A stretch of DNA of 64,000 bases from Amphiscolops sp. MND2022 (taxonomy: Eukaryota): contig OZ076409.1 of assembly GCA_964187785.1 (NCBI GenBank), positions 85,252,001-85,316,000 of the forward strand. The letters run 5' to 3'. The notes under the pieces are model-generated. The model saw nothing but the letters and a program-made list of their open reading frames with translations. It did not search any database and was not told where the DNA came from. Both the position numbers and the translations under genes were made by a program. This document shows positions 1 through 12,520 of the stretch, piece by piece (within the stretch, counting starts at the first letter, position 1; every line of letters starts with the position of its first letter).

Positions 1-599
1 ATGCTTAAATTGTAATGCAAAGCCCCGGTAAGTGGTTCCACCGGTATGACGACGAAATTTCTGGATTTGCTAATACGACGAAATTTCCTACGACGAAATT
101 TCTGACGACTAAATTTTTGTCTCCTGATCATGTTACTTATCATTCAGCTATAAACAATCTAGAAATGTCCAGTTTTCGATTTCTAGGGGGAATGGCATAG
201 TTTAAAATGTGGTGGTTTCTAGTCAGTGCTTTTGCTATAAAAGACAGATTCTAGTGATGGCCCTTTCTGAAAACCAGAAAACTGACACATTTTTATTAGT
301 TACTATAACTTGCTCCAATAGTAATTTTATACGACTTGCAAGTTTCATCGCGCATTTTGGTCAAACAGTTAGCACTGACTACCAGGCATGGTAGGAGGGC
401 CTGAGCAACAGGAGATCGAAAATTTCCAACAAACATTCAATCACATTTTTCGATTTTTGAGCTTTTCTTTTGAGGGTGATAATTATGAAAAATACACTGT
501 GCAACTTTTTGTTCAAAAAATTTTCGTTTGGTCACGGGATACCCCCATCAGTTTTTAAAAACTTCCCGGCCGGGAAAAGGCGTTTTGCGAACTTATAGG

Positions 600-1415
600 C
601 TCTCTTTACGGGTGTTTCGGCTCCACGAAAGCGTTTCCGAAAGAGGAGCAAAGAATGGGTTTTTTGATGCTGTGAATTAGGGTAAAATGTTTTTTTTTCT
701 ATCTTATGGATACTGTCTCGAGTAATAGTTGGCACTGGAAATTCAAGGAACACTTTCATAACAGTTTCTCTTTGCACCTTCAAAACACCTTGCTCTTCCT
801 GTACTTTGAACGGGCTGCCGACTCGGAACATTCCCAATTTGTTATCATATACTGAAAAAAAAACACACATTTTTTTGGACATAAAGACATTTTCTCCAAC
901 GAAACGTTGATAAAGAGAATGAAACCTCCAATGAAAACTAAACTGCTTCTGCTCGAGGTCCTTTTACTCCAAATCATCAGTTTGATACGGAAGTTATTGG
1001 AACTTTCCGTGAAAACTTTCATCAAAATTTCGGAAAACTGCATAAGAAAAAAATTGAAAACCTTAAGAAGTTTTCCAGAAAAACTAAAAAAATGAATGGA
1101 ATAGATTTTATTACCAATCTAGATGGAGAAATAACTGCAAATGCTTTTAATAACGGCTTTTTCAGTGCTTGTGAGCATACAGGTTTTTCAATTTCAGTTT
1201 ATAGCCTTTGGGTCAGGGAATAATAGACAGACGCAGTCAATATATTTTTCGCATACCACTGTTGGTGAAATCTGTAGTATAGTTAAAGAATTGAAAAACA
1301 AAACGTCCATTGGTTTCGATGTTATTGATGTAAATATTTAGAGGCGATCGGCTGAAATTCGTTGCAAAAACGTTTGTATCGGTTTAAAAAAATGTATTTC
1401 TACAGGAATTTCAAA
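600..1415 (+). pseudogene. Decayed non-LTR retrotransposon (LINE) ORF2 fragment, endonuclease-RT linker region
   Basis: Frameshifted peptides QSIYFSHTTVGEICSIVKELKNKTSIGFDVI (1231-1326) and KKCISTGI (~1387-1410) resemble the 'EI..I...LK.K.S.G.D.I' and 'N..L.TG.FP' motifs just upstream of RT in CR1/L2/jockey-type ORF2. Boundaries approximate. Confidence 0.6.
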
Positions 1416-2319
1416 TGTCCGAAGGAAAGCGGAGCAACGTGCCACTACTAGTCCAGCGGCTGGTTTTGAAGAAGATTGACCGGGAGGGCCGGGAAGGAGC
1501 ACTGCCGAGTCATACAACAATTTATTCAATCATTTTTAGTTGTCAGATCAATTCCATTTTGGAATGCAATTCCATTAAAAAGTCTTGGACGTTATTTCTT
1601 TGGACGTTATTTCCACCAAGCTTATGGAGGACTTTTTTAATACTACAAAAATTTTTTGACGTTTAGGAATATGCTTCTATTATCGGCATTATTAACAAAC
1701 TTTACCTTTTTTCATAATTATTATTCACGGTTTCATTATTATTAATATTGATATTATCATTGATATTTTACGGTCAATTTTTAACATCCCTGTTGTTCAG
1801 GTGGAATGAGTGTGTTCTCCAGGAGGTAATATTCTGTAATTATTCTGTGAATATTCTGTAATTTTCTGTAATATTCAATGGAAATTTTAAAATGTACAAC
1901 CTCTTAAACTACAGTCGAGTCTTGTTTGAACCAAGGTAAGAACAGTTCATTAAATGTGATTCCCCCATGTTTCCAAGTGACCTTCGGATGAAACTTTTAA
2001 TTTAGAGTTGATAGACATAATTTGAGCCTTAAATTAAGAACCGTTGTTAAATTTGATCCTCCCATGTTACAAAATGACCTTAAGATAAATCATTTAATTT
2101 AGAATCGATAAGCATACTTGGTCTGAATTCTGTTCAAATGATGAATTGTTCAGGGTACCATTGAAAGATAACAATTTCGGATGGTTTAGTTAATGCTCCG
2201 ACTGCTCTTGTACCATTTTCATTCCGAAGAAATTGTATGTTTAATTTCTAGCAGCAACCTCCTTGAAATAAACTGCAGAAAAGCAGTTTTGGAGTTGAAA
2301 AAAACTGAAAAAATGCGTT

Positions 2320-2892
2320 TGTTATGAGTGTTCTCTAGATCTTCATTCCTGTCGTGATCTCTAGGGAGCTCATCTCTAGAACTGCTTCTGAATTTGCGGT
2401 TTAGAACGTCTTCAGATCTACATTCCGGTCTTCTAACCAGGACTTCCCACCGCTTATCAGGAACTCTTGGTCCGGACCTTAAGGTAGCTTGAATTTGAGG
2501 CAGAACTTGTTCATTTATAGCCTCATTTATAGCTCTTTGTATCTGCGAGCTCACGCTACAAATGAGGTCATTCATCTCTAAGTGATTCTTTGGTTTAATT
2601 CTCTTGATAACCTACTGATCTCGTTGCTCGAGTCAGCCTCTCTTGAATTCTGGCCGTTTCCGGCATAACCCATAATTTCGTCTTCTCTAGAATTAGAGTG
2701 AGAATTCACGTCATGATCCACCAGAGCAATATAACTAGGACTTTCTGGTATACGGACAAAGTAGCTGAACTCATTATCTTCCCTTTCTAGACGAATACTA
2801 CCTAGCATTATATCTAGGTTTTCAATATCTGATAACATGTCAGTTTCTATTGACTTTCTTGCCTTACTTACCTGTTTCCTCGTAGTAGGCAT
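2320..2892 (-). pseudogene. ~190-codon LTR-embedded ORF (MPTTRKQ...ENTHN), probable Gag N-terminus, broken by one frameshift near 2577
   Basis: ORFs 2578..2892 and 2219..2575 join across ACTTAGAGATG into one coiled-coil-like reading (RLSRELNQRIT-EMNDLICSVSSQIQRAINEAINEQVLPQIQ). The frame is still open at the LTR end. Confidence 0.55.
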
Positions 2893-3023
2893 GAAGAAGA
2901 GCCGATAGTAATAGTTGAAATATTTTATCGGAAAATTGTAAATTTAACAAACGTCTTGAACACTGAGTAGTTCGGAAAATTGTGTCAAGCTCAATGCAAA
3001 TAACTCATCGACTCCGAATTACA
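2320..3023 (-). mobile_element. Solo LTR-like element (704 bp) containing an ORF
   Basis: Minus strand starts TGTAATTCGG and ends ACTCATAACA (TG..CA). The CATAACA terminus is the same as the LTRs at 7512 and 10890. No TSD visible. Confidence 0.55.
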
Positions 3024-4311
3024 TGTGAGGGGTTCATTCGAAGTAATGGCCTAACTCGGCCAACTAACGCAGTACCTCGCTTCAAATGAAAGTCAAGATC
3101 AGTCCAAAGACCGGTGCTTACAACATCGCACAAACTAAGTAATATTCACATAAAACATAAACATTCATTGCGTTTCATCACATTAATATCAATTGGGTTC
3201 TTATCTAGGTACATGAAATATTAGCATCGTAAACAAAATAATGGGACAATGGTATCAATACGTAATCTGGCCGGACCTGGTCAATTGCCCAATTTTTACT
3301 AAGCACTATCAAAGCACAGTCAAGCGGCCGTAATCGGCAAATATTAAAACTGCGTACATATTTGAAGAGCTGTGATTGGCTGCTTGTTTGCCGGAAAATC
3401 CCGCTGCCGTAGAAGTACAGGAGCTCATTTGAACTCCGTTTCCGTACTTCTACGCAGTAATTCACTTTTGCATTGCAATCGTATATCTTATAGCAAATTA
3501 ACATTCCAACGCTTTAAACAATTCACACGTCAACCTGAACAATCTAGCAAGTGTTAACAGACTATTAGTACAAAATTTCAAACGATTTCATGAATACTGC
3601 TAAATGCTAGATTGAGTTTCAATCTAAGTTTTGCTTCAGTATAGAGGTAGTGTACCTGCTACGGCTTCCTGTCCGGCCGTTGATTTTGTTATTTCGGTAC
3701 CGTCACAGGCGGCAGCCTGCGACAGCGTTTCTCAGGGATAGTACGATGAACGTTAGCGACAAGAGTACCCCTGCTGAAATTCCTTGAAATTTTACACGTT
3801 CTACAAAATTGCCAGCAACTGTTTGTATGAGCTTCAGCCATTCGCACAGAAGCGTTAATGCTTTCAAGTTTCATTGTTGTAATCAACATTTATCAAGCTG
3901 CAGCATTCAATATTAGTCGGCAATTTGAGACTGTGAATTGGGGAGAATTCATTGAGCATCAACGGAGTCGATACGTTATTAAAGAAGGAATAGTCTTTCT
4001 GAAATCGTTATTGAAAGTGTTTATTTTGTATTTTTTTAAAATTACTTGAAATTAATAACGAATGATGATGAAGTTGCTTTATTCCGCTCTTGTCGCACTC
4101 ATTAGATTGATTTCCACAGTTCCCGTTGCCATTCAGTAATCATAATTGGTGTCACAGTCCGCGAGCGAAATGGCTCTTGATTGCCGACGCAGACAGTTCG
4201 GAAGAGAGCATGAATGTCCCAAGTGGATGAAGTACTTGTGGTACTACGCAGGACTCAAAAAGAAAACCAAACAAAAAGTAGGCTGTGAATAGAAATTTTA
4301 TCAGGGAAATC

Positions 4312-5092
4312 GGTACTCCTGACTAAGTGTGGTCCAAAAAAATTCGGTTGATAAATCATGTACAATCACACTGCATTTTCCGCTTCTGCAATTTCATTTC
4401 AAAATGAATTCCACATTATTACCGACACGAACAGTTTGTATTCACACTTTGTGTTCTCAACTACTCGTCTGATCTGATCACCTCTTCTCAAATAGCACGC
4501 TGGAGATGACGCTAATTTGCAGTTTATTACGCGACTGAAGTCATTTTGCATTAAATTAGCGGTAAAAGTGATAGCAACTTATTTGCTTTTAAAATTATAG
4601 CTGCTGCTTAATGAAACCTGCAAAACTTCAAGGCTTAAAATTGCCGCCAAAACTTTGATGAATCTTTGAAAGCAGCTTGATAAAAGTTTAGTACAACAGG
4701 GAAATATTTTCGCATGAAAGTTTCCGTAAGAGTTTTAGAGAATCATGATAAATGTTGCTGGCAACATTAAAGTACATGCAAAAAGTTCAAGCAGTTTCAA
4801 CTAGGGAAGTGTGATCCCTATTATATAAGCGTGGTTCCTGCATATTTTGTCGGAATTATAATTATAACGTCGTCAGCTATGTTCAGATAGCCCTAGTGCC
4901 CTAAATGCAGGAGCGAAGCGAAGAGGAGCGATGTGCCATATGGCCATGCCTCAATGTTGCTACTTGGCGAAGGGAGCGAAGCGACCGAGCCATACAACAA
5001 TTATGCTAACCTCTTCTAGGGACCACACTTAGTCAGGTGCTTTCAGGTCCGCTGCATAAATTTTGTAGGGCCCACACTTAGTCAGGAGTACC
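4312..5092. mobile_element. Non-autonomous TIR DNA transposon, Merlin-like MITE
   Basis: Perfect 21-bp TIR GGTACTCCTGACTAAGTGTGG; perfect 8-bp TSD GGGAAATC (4304-4311, 5093-5100); extra subterminal TIR copy at 5021-5040. GGNRM termini with an 8-bp TSD fit Merlin. Confidence 0.8.
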
Positions 5093-5636
5093 GGGAAATC
5101 AAAACGTGAACATTTTTTTAAACCTGATTCAAGTACTTGTAGCTCCCACCTATCAACGACGTAAATGAACTGAGATGGCAGATTTATTAGGTTAAAAACA
5201 ACCAACTAGGTACCAAATATCAGTCGAAACTAAAGATTTGTAAAGAAACAGATGAATGAGGCTTTTGACCACCTCGAATGAGAAACTTGAATACTGACTC
5301 AATGATTGTTTTTTGAAGAACGACTAAAGATCGATTAAACCACTTTAGTGGCGTGATCCAACAAACAAGAGCACTGTTAACTTGAATTGATATGTGCGCG
5401 AGGTCACAACAATGTCACTGGAAGCTAAATACTGTAATTTGCACGGCTACCACGTCAGCCAATCATGTTGAACAATAGTTGTGAACCTAAGTCGTCGTCA
5501 CGTCAGCGCCCTAATTGTTGAAGCAGTCCCATTTACTGCGTACTTACTAAAGCAACCCAAAAGTCATCAAAGTCAAAAAAGTCAATTTAAGTCAAAATTA
5601 GAAGCATCAAGCCAAGAAAGTTAAAATCAATAGCTT

Positions 5637-5767
5637 GGGGGGCACGACATTTCGTACACACGACATCTCGTACAATAACCAAAACCAGACATTTCGTACA
5701 AAAGCGAAACCAGACATTTCGTACAAAAACGAAACCAGACATTTCGTACAAAAATGAAACCCGACAT
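5637..5767. repeat. Short tandem array, ~24-bp unit CAGACATTTCGTACAAAAACGAAAC; possibly a MULE-type terminal repeat
   Basis: Five GACATYTCGTACA cores starting after GGGGGGCAC. Confidence 0.6.
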
Positions 5768-6231
5768 CCCAGGTTTTCGATCTTTGCGAATCTGTGCAGA
5801 TCTGCAGGATTTTTCTGCAGGGTTCTGCAAAGATCGTTGCACTGAATCTTGAAGATCCATACAGATCTGCAAGATCTTTACAGAAGTGTGCAGATTTTCT
5901 TTAAAGATTTTTGCAGAAATATGTTTTTCTGCAGCTTCTAAGGAACCAATGACTGCATTTTTGGACTTCTTTAACTACTTCATGAACTACTTTAGCTGAC
6001 CAAGGCTGAGTCAGTTGATACTCTCGATCACTCAAAATTCTCGAGAAGAAAAATGAGCCGTGTTGGTTATACACCGTAATTTATCCATTTCACTTGAACT
6101 TTCCAGATGTGGTTGTTGAACTTTCAGAATTCGTTTGCCTCATTGACTTCGTTTTGACGGATGAAATTTGACATGTGGCAACCTTCCGGGTTGGTACATG
6201 TGTTGATAAAGTGTTGTTGTTGTAATATTTC
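5768..6231 (-). mobile_element. Truncated copy of the CCC-terminated element at 33482-34297, opposite orientation
   Basis: Starts CCCAGGTT with CAGATCTG repeats; 5940-6231 aligns by eye with the reverse complement of ~33800-34130. Confidence 0.7.
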
Positions 6232-6509
6232 GAGGATGGGGAACCGTCTTAAAGGATGCTCTCCGGCCTGTTCCAGTCTGTAACTGCTGAGAATAACGGG
6301 CATTATGCCTTTTCTCTTCATAACCACCGTCAAGACAGCCTTTAAAAACAATGCCAAGGAAAAACAGTGTAAATTTCCAATTCCAGGGTGACATGGGAAT
6401 AAGGTCTAAAATGGGGGATAAGATCTAAACTGCGAAAACTAGCGCTCGAGCTAGCTAAAAGAAGTAAAAATACATGAAAACAGGCACGAATATGGCCAAC
6501 CACACAGCT
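6232..6509 (-). mobile_element. Fragment of the 749-bp LTR family at 50198-50946
   Basis: Closely matches ~50323-50610 (GGGAACCGTCTTAAAGGATGCTCT...GGCACGAATATGGCCAACCACACAGCT). Confidence 0.85.
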
Positions 6510-7511
6510 TTGGCTGACAGAAAGACAATGATTATCAATATTAATGAACAAAATACAAAAAATATCCTGTGATCGAAGACACGCTACGCTTGCAATGATC
6601 ATGGTTAATCTTGCTAAATCATGGTTACCCATGGTACCCTTGTCAAGATCATGGCTAATCATGATACATGGAACGCTTGTCAAGATCATAGCAAGATCAT
6701 GGCAAGATAGTCATGGTAAGACATGTGAGCTAATTTTATTTCTTTAATTTATTCTTTTCATAAAAAATTCTTGTCGTCTCCAATTTCTCAATAAGATGTT
6801 GTGATAACTTCGGACATAACTTTATTTATCGAAAAACGTTTTCTAAACTGAAAAGTATACAACACTTCTCAATAATTTGCCGCACCTCTTGACCGAGTTT
6901 TGTTACTTGAGAGCACGGTATCGTTACTACTATCATAAATTATCAAACAAATCAAACTCCGAATCAAGTTATTGCAACTTGCGGGTTTGCGATATCGGTG
7001 TGAAAACCAAACTGTAGATATTATCTATAGATAGTAACCCCTTATATTTTCTACGTTATTTATACATAGATTTTGATTTTTTAAAAAATATTCCTTCGAA
7101 GTGCGTAAGATTAATCTGTAAACTTACAGACTCTTGGGAGGGTTGAACTTGAACTTTCCGCTCTAGTTTCCTCAAGAGCCTCAGAAACCCGGACGAAAGA
7201 CGACACTGAATGGGGTAAACATTTGTGCAAAAATGAACAAACCTATGCAAAAATAACTATTCCGCGGGTTTCGTACATCCTCTCTCTACTCAAAGCTCAT
7301 AGCAAACAACTACTTCCATTTTTCAAAAGCAAAACACAATTTATTCAAGGCAGTTCGCATGTACAGACGTAATATTCGCCCAACCCTAGTCGAATATGCT
7401 GGAACCTTTTACATGCTGCAGGCCTACATGCGGGGTACTTTTTTATTTCAACTTCAGTAACCTTCCGGTGGTAAATCTCTTAGATTATTCTGCAGTTTCC
7501 CTCTTCGTTAC

Positions 7512-10500
7512 TGTTATGACTCCTGTTAGGGTCGTTGTTCTGTACATTTTTGATCATTTTTGTTGCTTTTTGAAGGACATTCTTCTTTTCTAGCTTCTCT
7601 TGATGAAAAGATTTTCGGATTTATCAATTTTGAATTGAAGTTTGCAGAGTAATTGTTTTAACAAAACAAAGTAGAATTTGATACAAGACAGCAGATTGAA
7701 TCAGAAATTGAATGAATAAGTTTACAGGTACAAGCTATATATACCCTCCTAGCATCATCTTTTCATACTCGCGTACTTTAATTTCCATCGAGATATTAGT
7801 CACTTCCTGTAATTTTGCGGCAAAACTTTGATCTTCGTCAGCATTTCGTCAATTTTAAAGACACGCCAATTCTAATCTAGTATTAGTCATCAACCATGAT
7901 CATATCATTTCATTCCGGCGTCCTTTTGTTTCCTCCCAAGCAGGAAGTAGATATTACTTCAGTCTGCCAAACCGGAAATATTTCCCCGTTTTACTGCTTT
8001 GGTTCGTAAGAAACCGACGCGGAGATGACGCTGACGTGAACAACTAATACCTGATTTTTGAATTTTCACTTGAAGAAAATTATGACTATATATCTTGATT
8101 TAGACAATTTGGTGATGCTAAGAGAGTGACTGATTTACATGAGGCTAAACAATTAAATCTTTCAACAATTGATAATTATTTATCTGATTAAAGTTAAGAG
8201 CAACACCTTTGAGCAACAATAGAAGACGACGTGACAACGTCAAACAGTCAATGAAATTTTTAAATTAGGTAATCAAATCATACATTTAAAAAGCCTGCAT
8301 AAACTGCACTTTATTAACACAAATTGAAAATGAACTGTTACTCTCCAATTTAAATAGTGTTAAAACACTCTTATTTTTAGTTAGTCAGAAAAATCCTGGC
8401 CTAAATACCATATTCCGTTCGAATTCAATCTTAGTCGACGCAATACTGACGTAGAAATGTATTTTCTCAACTCTAGTATATTAGTTGACGTAGCGTTGAC
8501 GTAGACTCAAAATTTGGCTTGGTTACTTGAATTGCGACGTAGTGTTGACGTTGATTCATATTCTAGCTTCGATTTGTTTTACCGTATTAAAATAAGGCTT
8601 CTTTTAAATTCAATACTGATTAAAACGCCTAATTTCATAACTTTGGGACGTAGTGTGGACGTAACTTTTTATTAGACTTAGTCCGCCATTATAGTGGACG
8701 TAAATTTGGTATCTTGAATGGATTGAAACAGCTCATTCGATGGAAAATACTCAATTACGTCTAATTTCATAAACTTGTCAACGTCATGTTGACGCGTTTT
8801 CTTGGCAGAATTTAAGCTTCATAAACTTGTCAACGTCATGTTGACGAGTTTTCTTGGCAGAAATGAGATTTTGACTAGTTTGACGTGATGCTGACGAGTA
8901 TTTAGAATTAGACTTTAGCTAGATAGCTACGAGCGCTGTGACGTCACGTTGGCGGAAAATTGGAATGATTTCTAGTAAGCTATTAGTATAGGCGGATAAT
9001 CGGAATGATTTTCTGGTATGCGTAGACGAGGCTGTGACGTAGCGTAGTCGCGACGCAAATTCAATCGTATTGGCGAAGCGGTGACGTAAATTAGTTTTAG
9101 TTTGCTTTTAATTCAATCCAGTACGGGCGCGGACTGTGACAGGGCCACTCTCATAGGACGAATGGTTCTCGGGGGCTTGATAAAATGAAAGAGATGATGT
9201 TAGGGAAGTTTTGTACCGTCAATTAATTGGTTATCAAATTGTTTTTGTTTTCTTTAGTCCTACATTTTGACGTAGTTTCGTTCTTTTTGCGACAAGTAAT
9301 TCCAATGATATGTCTCGGTTGTATTTTGCAGGAAAATGATTAAAAGTCTACCGTCATCACTACGTTTGACAGGAAATGTATGATATAATTTCGGAATTTA
9401 TTAAGTTATGAATTCATTCATACTTTAGATTTTGATGATTTTAACTTGTCACAGTTTACTTCAGTTTAATAATATAGTCTAACTGTTTTCATAATGCATC
9501 CATGATCACGGCCAAACTGCGCCTCTTGGCAACCACAATCCAGGCCGGGCGCGGACTGTGACAGGGCCACTCTCATGGGACGAAGATATCTCGTGGGGTT
9601 GTCGAAACTGAAGAGAGGATTGTTTTGGTTGTACGCTTTCCCAGAGGAATGTGACATTTCCGGTACCACTCTGTAGTTCGGTATAGCACTTTTTGGGAGG
9701 TGGTAGAAGCTGTCTTTTAATTCCTTTGTAGTCCCAGGTGTTGACGTTTTGCCAACGTCACGTTTTTATTGGCCACGAATTAAATTAATTCGTTTGACCA
9801 AAGTTGTCAACGTTTTGCTGACGTCAAGTTCGTTAGCATAGCTAACTTTTGAAGTTGTCACCGTTTTGATGACGTCATTATAGATTATTGGATTAATTCT
9901 TAACCCTGATAACCTTTGTGTCGACGTTATGCCGACGTCAATTTCGTTGGTAATTAGCCAACTTTAGGTTTTGTCACCGTTTTGATGACGTCAATTTTGT
10001 TAACGATAAGCCAACTTCATTTTTTGGCGGTCACTGTTGACGTCATAATGACGTCGTATCAGTATGGGGCTGTTATAACCCTGGTCATTTGCGACGTCAA
10101 TACTGCGTCGTCTTTGTATATGGGCTGTTATAACCCGGTCATTTGCGACGTCAATCTTGCGTCGTCTTTGTATATGGGCTGTTATAACCCGGTCATTTTC
10201 AGATCAATTTGGTCTTAAAAGATCATGATCTGCAAAGTGATAATTAGACTCATTTATGTTCTCTGAGGGAGATAAGCGTATCAGTGACGCCGACGCGCTG
10301 GTTATTCAACAACCCTTAGGATTGTAATATTCCCCGTTCCATTAAGCTTTTTTGAATCATACGAAACTGCAGGTAGGCCTTTTCTGCTTTTGTATGTTCA
10401 TAGCTTAGATTTTCTGACTAGTCGATTCGGGAATGTGTGCTTCAGTGACTACGTCTTTGTCATCTTTCGAACGCACATCTCGGCCTCAGGAAGAGTCTAG

Positions 10501-12520
10501 TTTTTCTTTTTTCTTTTTTTTATACTTACTGATGTGAGCTAATTCATCCGACTCTGGGCAAAGGTAACGCCCCAGGGGTATGTTGCCAGCTTTTGGAACC
10601 TCTTGTTGTGGTAAACGATGTCTTCGGCAGGTGTTGAACTGCTTCTGATGATGTACTGACGGTGACGGGTTGAGTGTTGTTGGTGTAGTCGTCGAAGTTT
10701 AACTCGTTTATCATCAGTCGGTCAACAAGTAGTCTCCATTTGCCGTTTGGGTTGCGTTGCTCAGTGTATGTTCGTCTTCGTTTCTGGGGCGAAGAGTTTC
10801 CGCAATGTGCAGGGACGCTCTTTGGACGGTAGTTTAAGCTGAGGTTTTCTTGGGTACATTTGTTGAAAGGTCCAAAACTCCTGTCACCATGTTATGACTC
10901 CTGTTAGGGTCGTTGTTCTGTACATTTTTGATCATTTTTGTTGCTTTTTGAAGGACATTCTTCTTTTCTAGCTTCTCTTGATGAAAAGATTTTCGGATTT
11001 ATCAATTTTGAATTGAAGTTTGCAGAGTAATTGTTTTAACAAAACAAAGTAGAATTTGATACAAGACAGCAGATTGAATCAGAAATTGAATGAATAAGTT
11101 TACAGGTACAAGCTATATATACCCTCCTAGCATCATCTGTTCATACTCGCGTACTTTAATTTCCATCGAGATATTAGTCACTTCCTGTAATTTTGCGGCA
11201 AAACTTTGATCTTCGTCAGCATTTCGTCAATTTTAAAGACACGCCAATTCTAATCTAGTATTAGTCATCAACCATGATCATATCATTTCATTCCGGCGTC
11301 CTTTTGTTTCCTCCCAAGCAGGAAGTAGATATTACTTCAGTCTGCCAAACCGGAAATTTTTCCCCGTTTTACTGCTTTGGTTCGTAAGAAACCGACGCGG
11401 AGATGACGCTGACGTGAACAACTAATACCTGATTTTTGAATTTTCACTTGAAGAAAATTATGACTATATATCTTGATTTAGACAATTTGGTGATGCTAAG
11501 AGAGTGACTGATTTACATGAGGCTAAACAATTAAATCTTTCAACAATTGATAATTATTTATCTGATTAAAGTTAAGAGCAACACCTTTGAGCAACAATAG
11601 AAGACGACGTGACAACGTCAAACAGTCAATGAAATTTTTAAATTAGGTAATCAAATCATACATTTAAAAAGCCTGCATAAACTGCACTTTATTAACACAA
11701 ATTGAAAATGAACTGTTACTCTCCAATTTAAATAGTGTTAAAACACTCTTATTTTTAGTTAGTCAGAATAATCCTGGCCTAAATACCATATTCCGTTCGA
11801 ATTCAATCTTAGTCGACGCAATACTGACGTAGAAATGTGTTTTCTCAACTCTAGTATATTAGTTGACGTAGCGTTGACGTAGATTCAAAATTTGGCTTGG
11901 TTACTTGAATTGCGACGTAGTGTTGACGTTGATTCATATTCTAGCTTCGATTAGTTTTACCGTATTAAAATAAGGCTTCTTTTAAATTCAATACTGATTA
12001 AAACGCCTAATTTCATAACTTTGGGACGTAGTGTGGACGTAAATTTTTATTAGACTTAGTCCGCCATTATAGTGGACGTAAATTTGGTATTTTGAATGGA
12101 TTGAAACAGCTATTTCGATGGAAAATACTCAATTACGTCTAATTTCATAAACTTGTCAACGTCATGTTGACGCGTTTTCTTGGCAGAATTTAAGCTTCAT
12201 AAACTTGTCAACGTCATGTTGACGAGTTTTCTTGGCAGAAATGAGATTTTGACTAGTTTGACGTGATGCTGACGAGTATTTAGAATTAGACTTTAGCTAA
12301 GATAGCTACGAGCGCTGTGACGTCACGTTGGCGGAAAATTGGAATGATTTCTAGTAAGCTATTAGTATAGGCGGATAATCGGAATGATTTTCTGGTATGC
12401 GTAGACGAGGCTGTGACGTAGCGTAGTCGCGACGCAAATTCAATGGTATTGGCGAAGCGGTGACGTAAATTAGTTTTAGTTTGCTTTTAATTCAATCCAG
12501 TCCGGGCGCGGACTGTGACA
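7512..12520 (-). mobile_element. Complete non-autonomous LTR retrotransposon (5.0 kb; LTRs 7512-9141 and 10890-12520; 1.75-kb internal region without gag/pol)
   Basis: Direct repeats with TG..CA ends; about 13 differences in ~1630 bp counted by eye; 5-bp TSD GTTAC (7507-7511, 12521-12525); PBS TGGTGACAGGAG directly after the 5' LTR on the minus strand. Confidence 0.95.
10878..10889 (-). promoter_or_regulatory. Primer binding site TGGTGACAGGAG
   Basis: Starts with TGG and abuts the 5' LTR end; one mismatch from the tRNA-Leu-type PBS TGGTGTCAGGAG, so the tRNA identity is tentative. Confidence 0.7.

Noticed and set aside
9735..10200. CRISPR-like regularly spaced motifs
   Set aside because: Repeats are degenerate, the last units are plain tandem copies, there are no cas genes, and the context is a eukaryotic LTR element.
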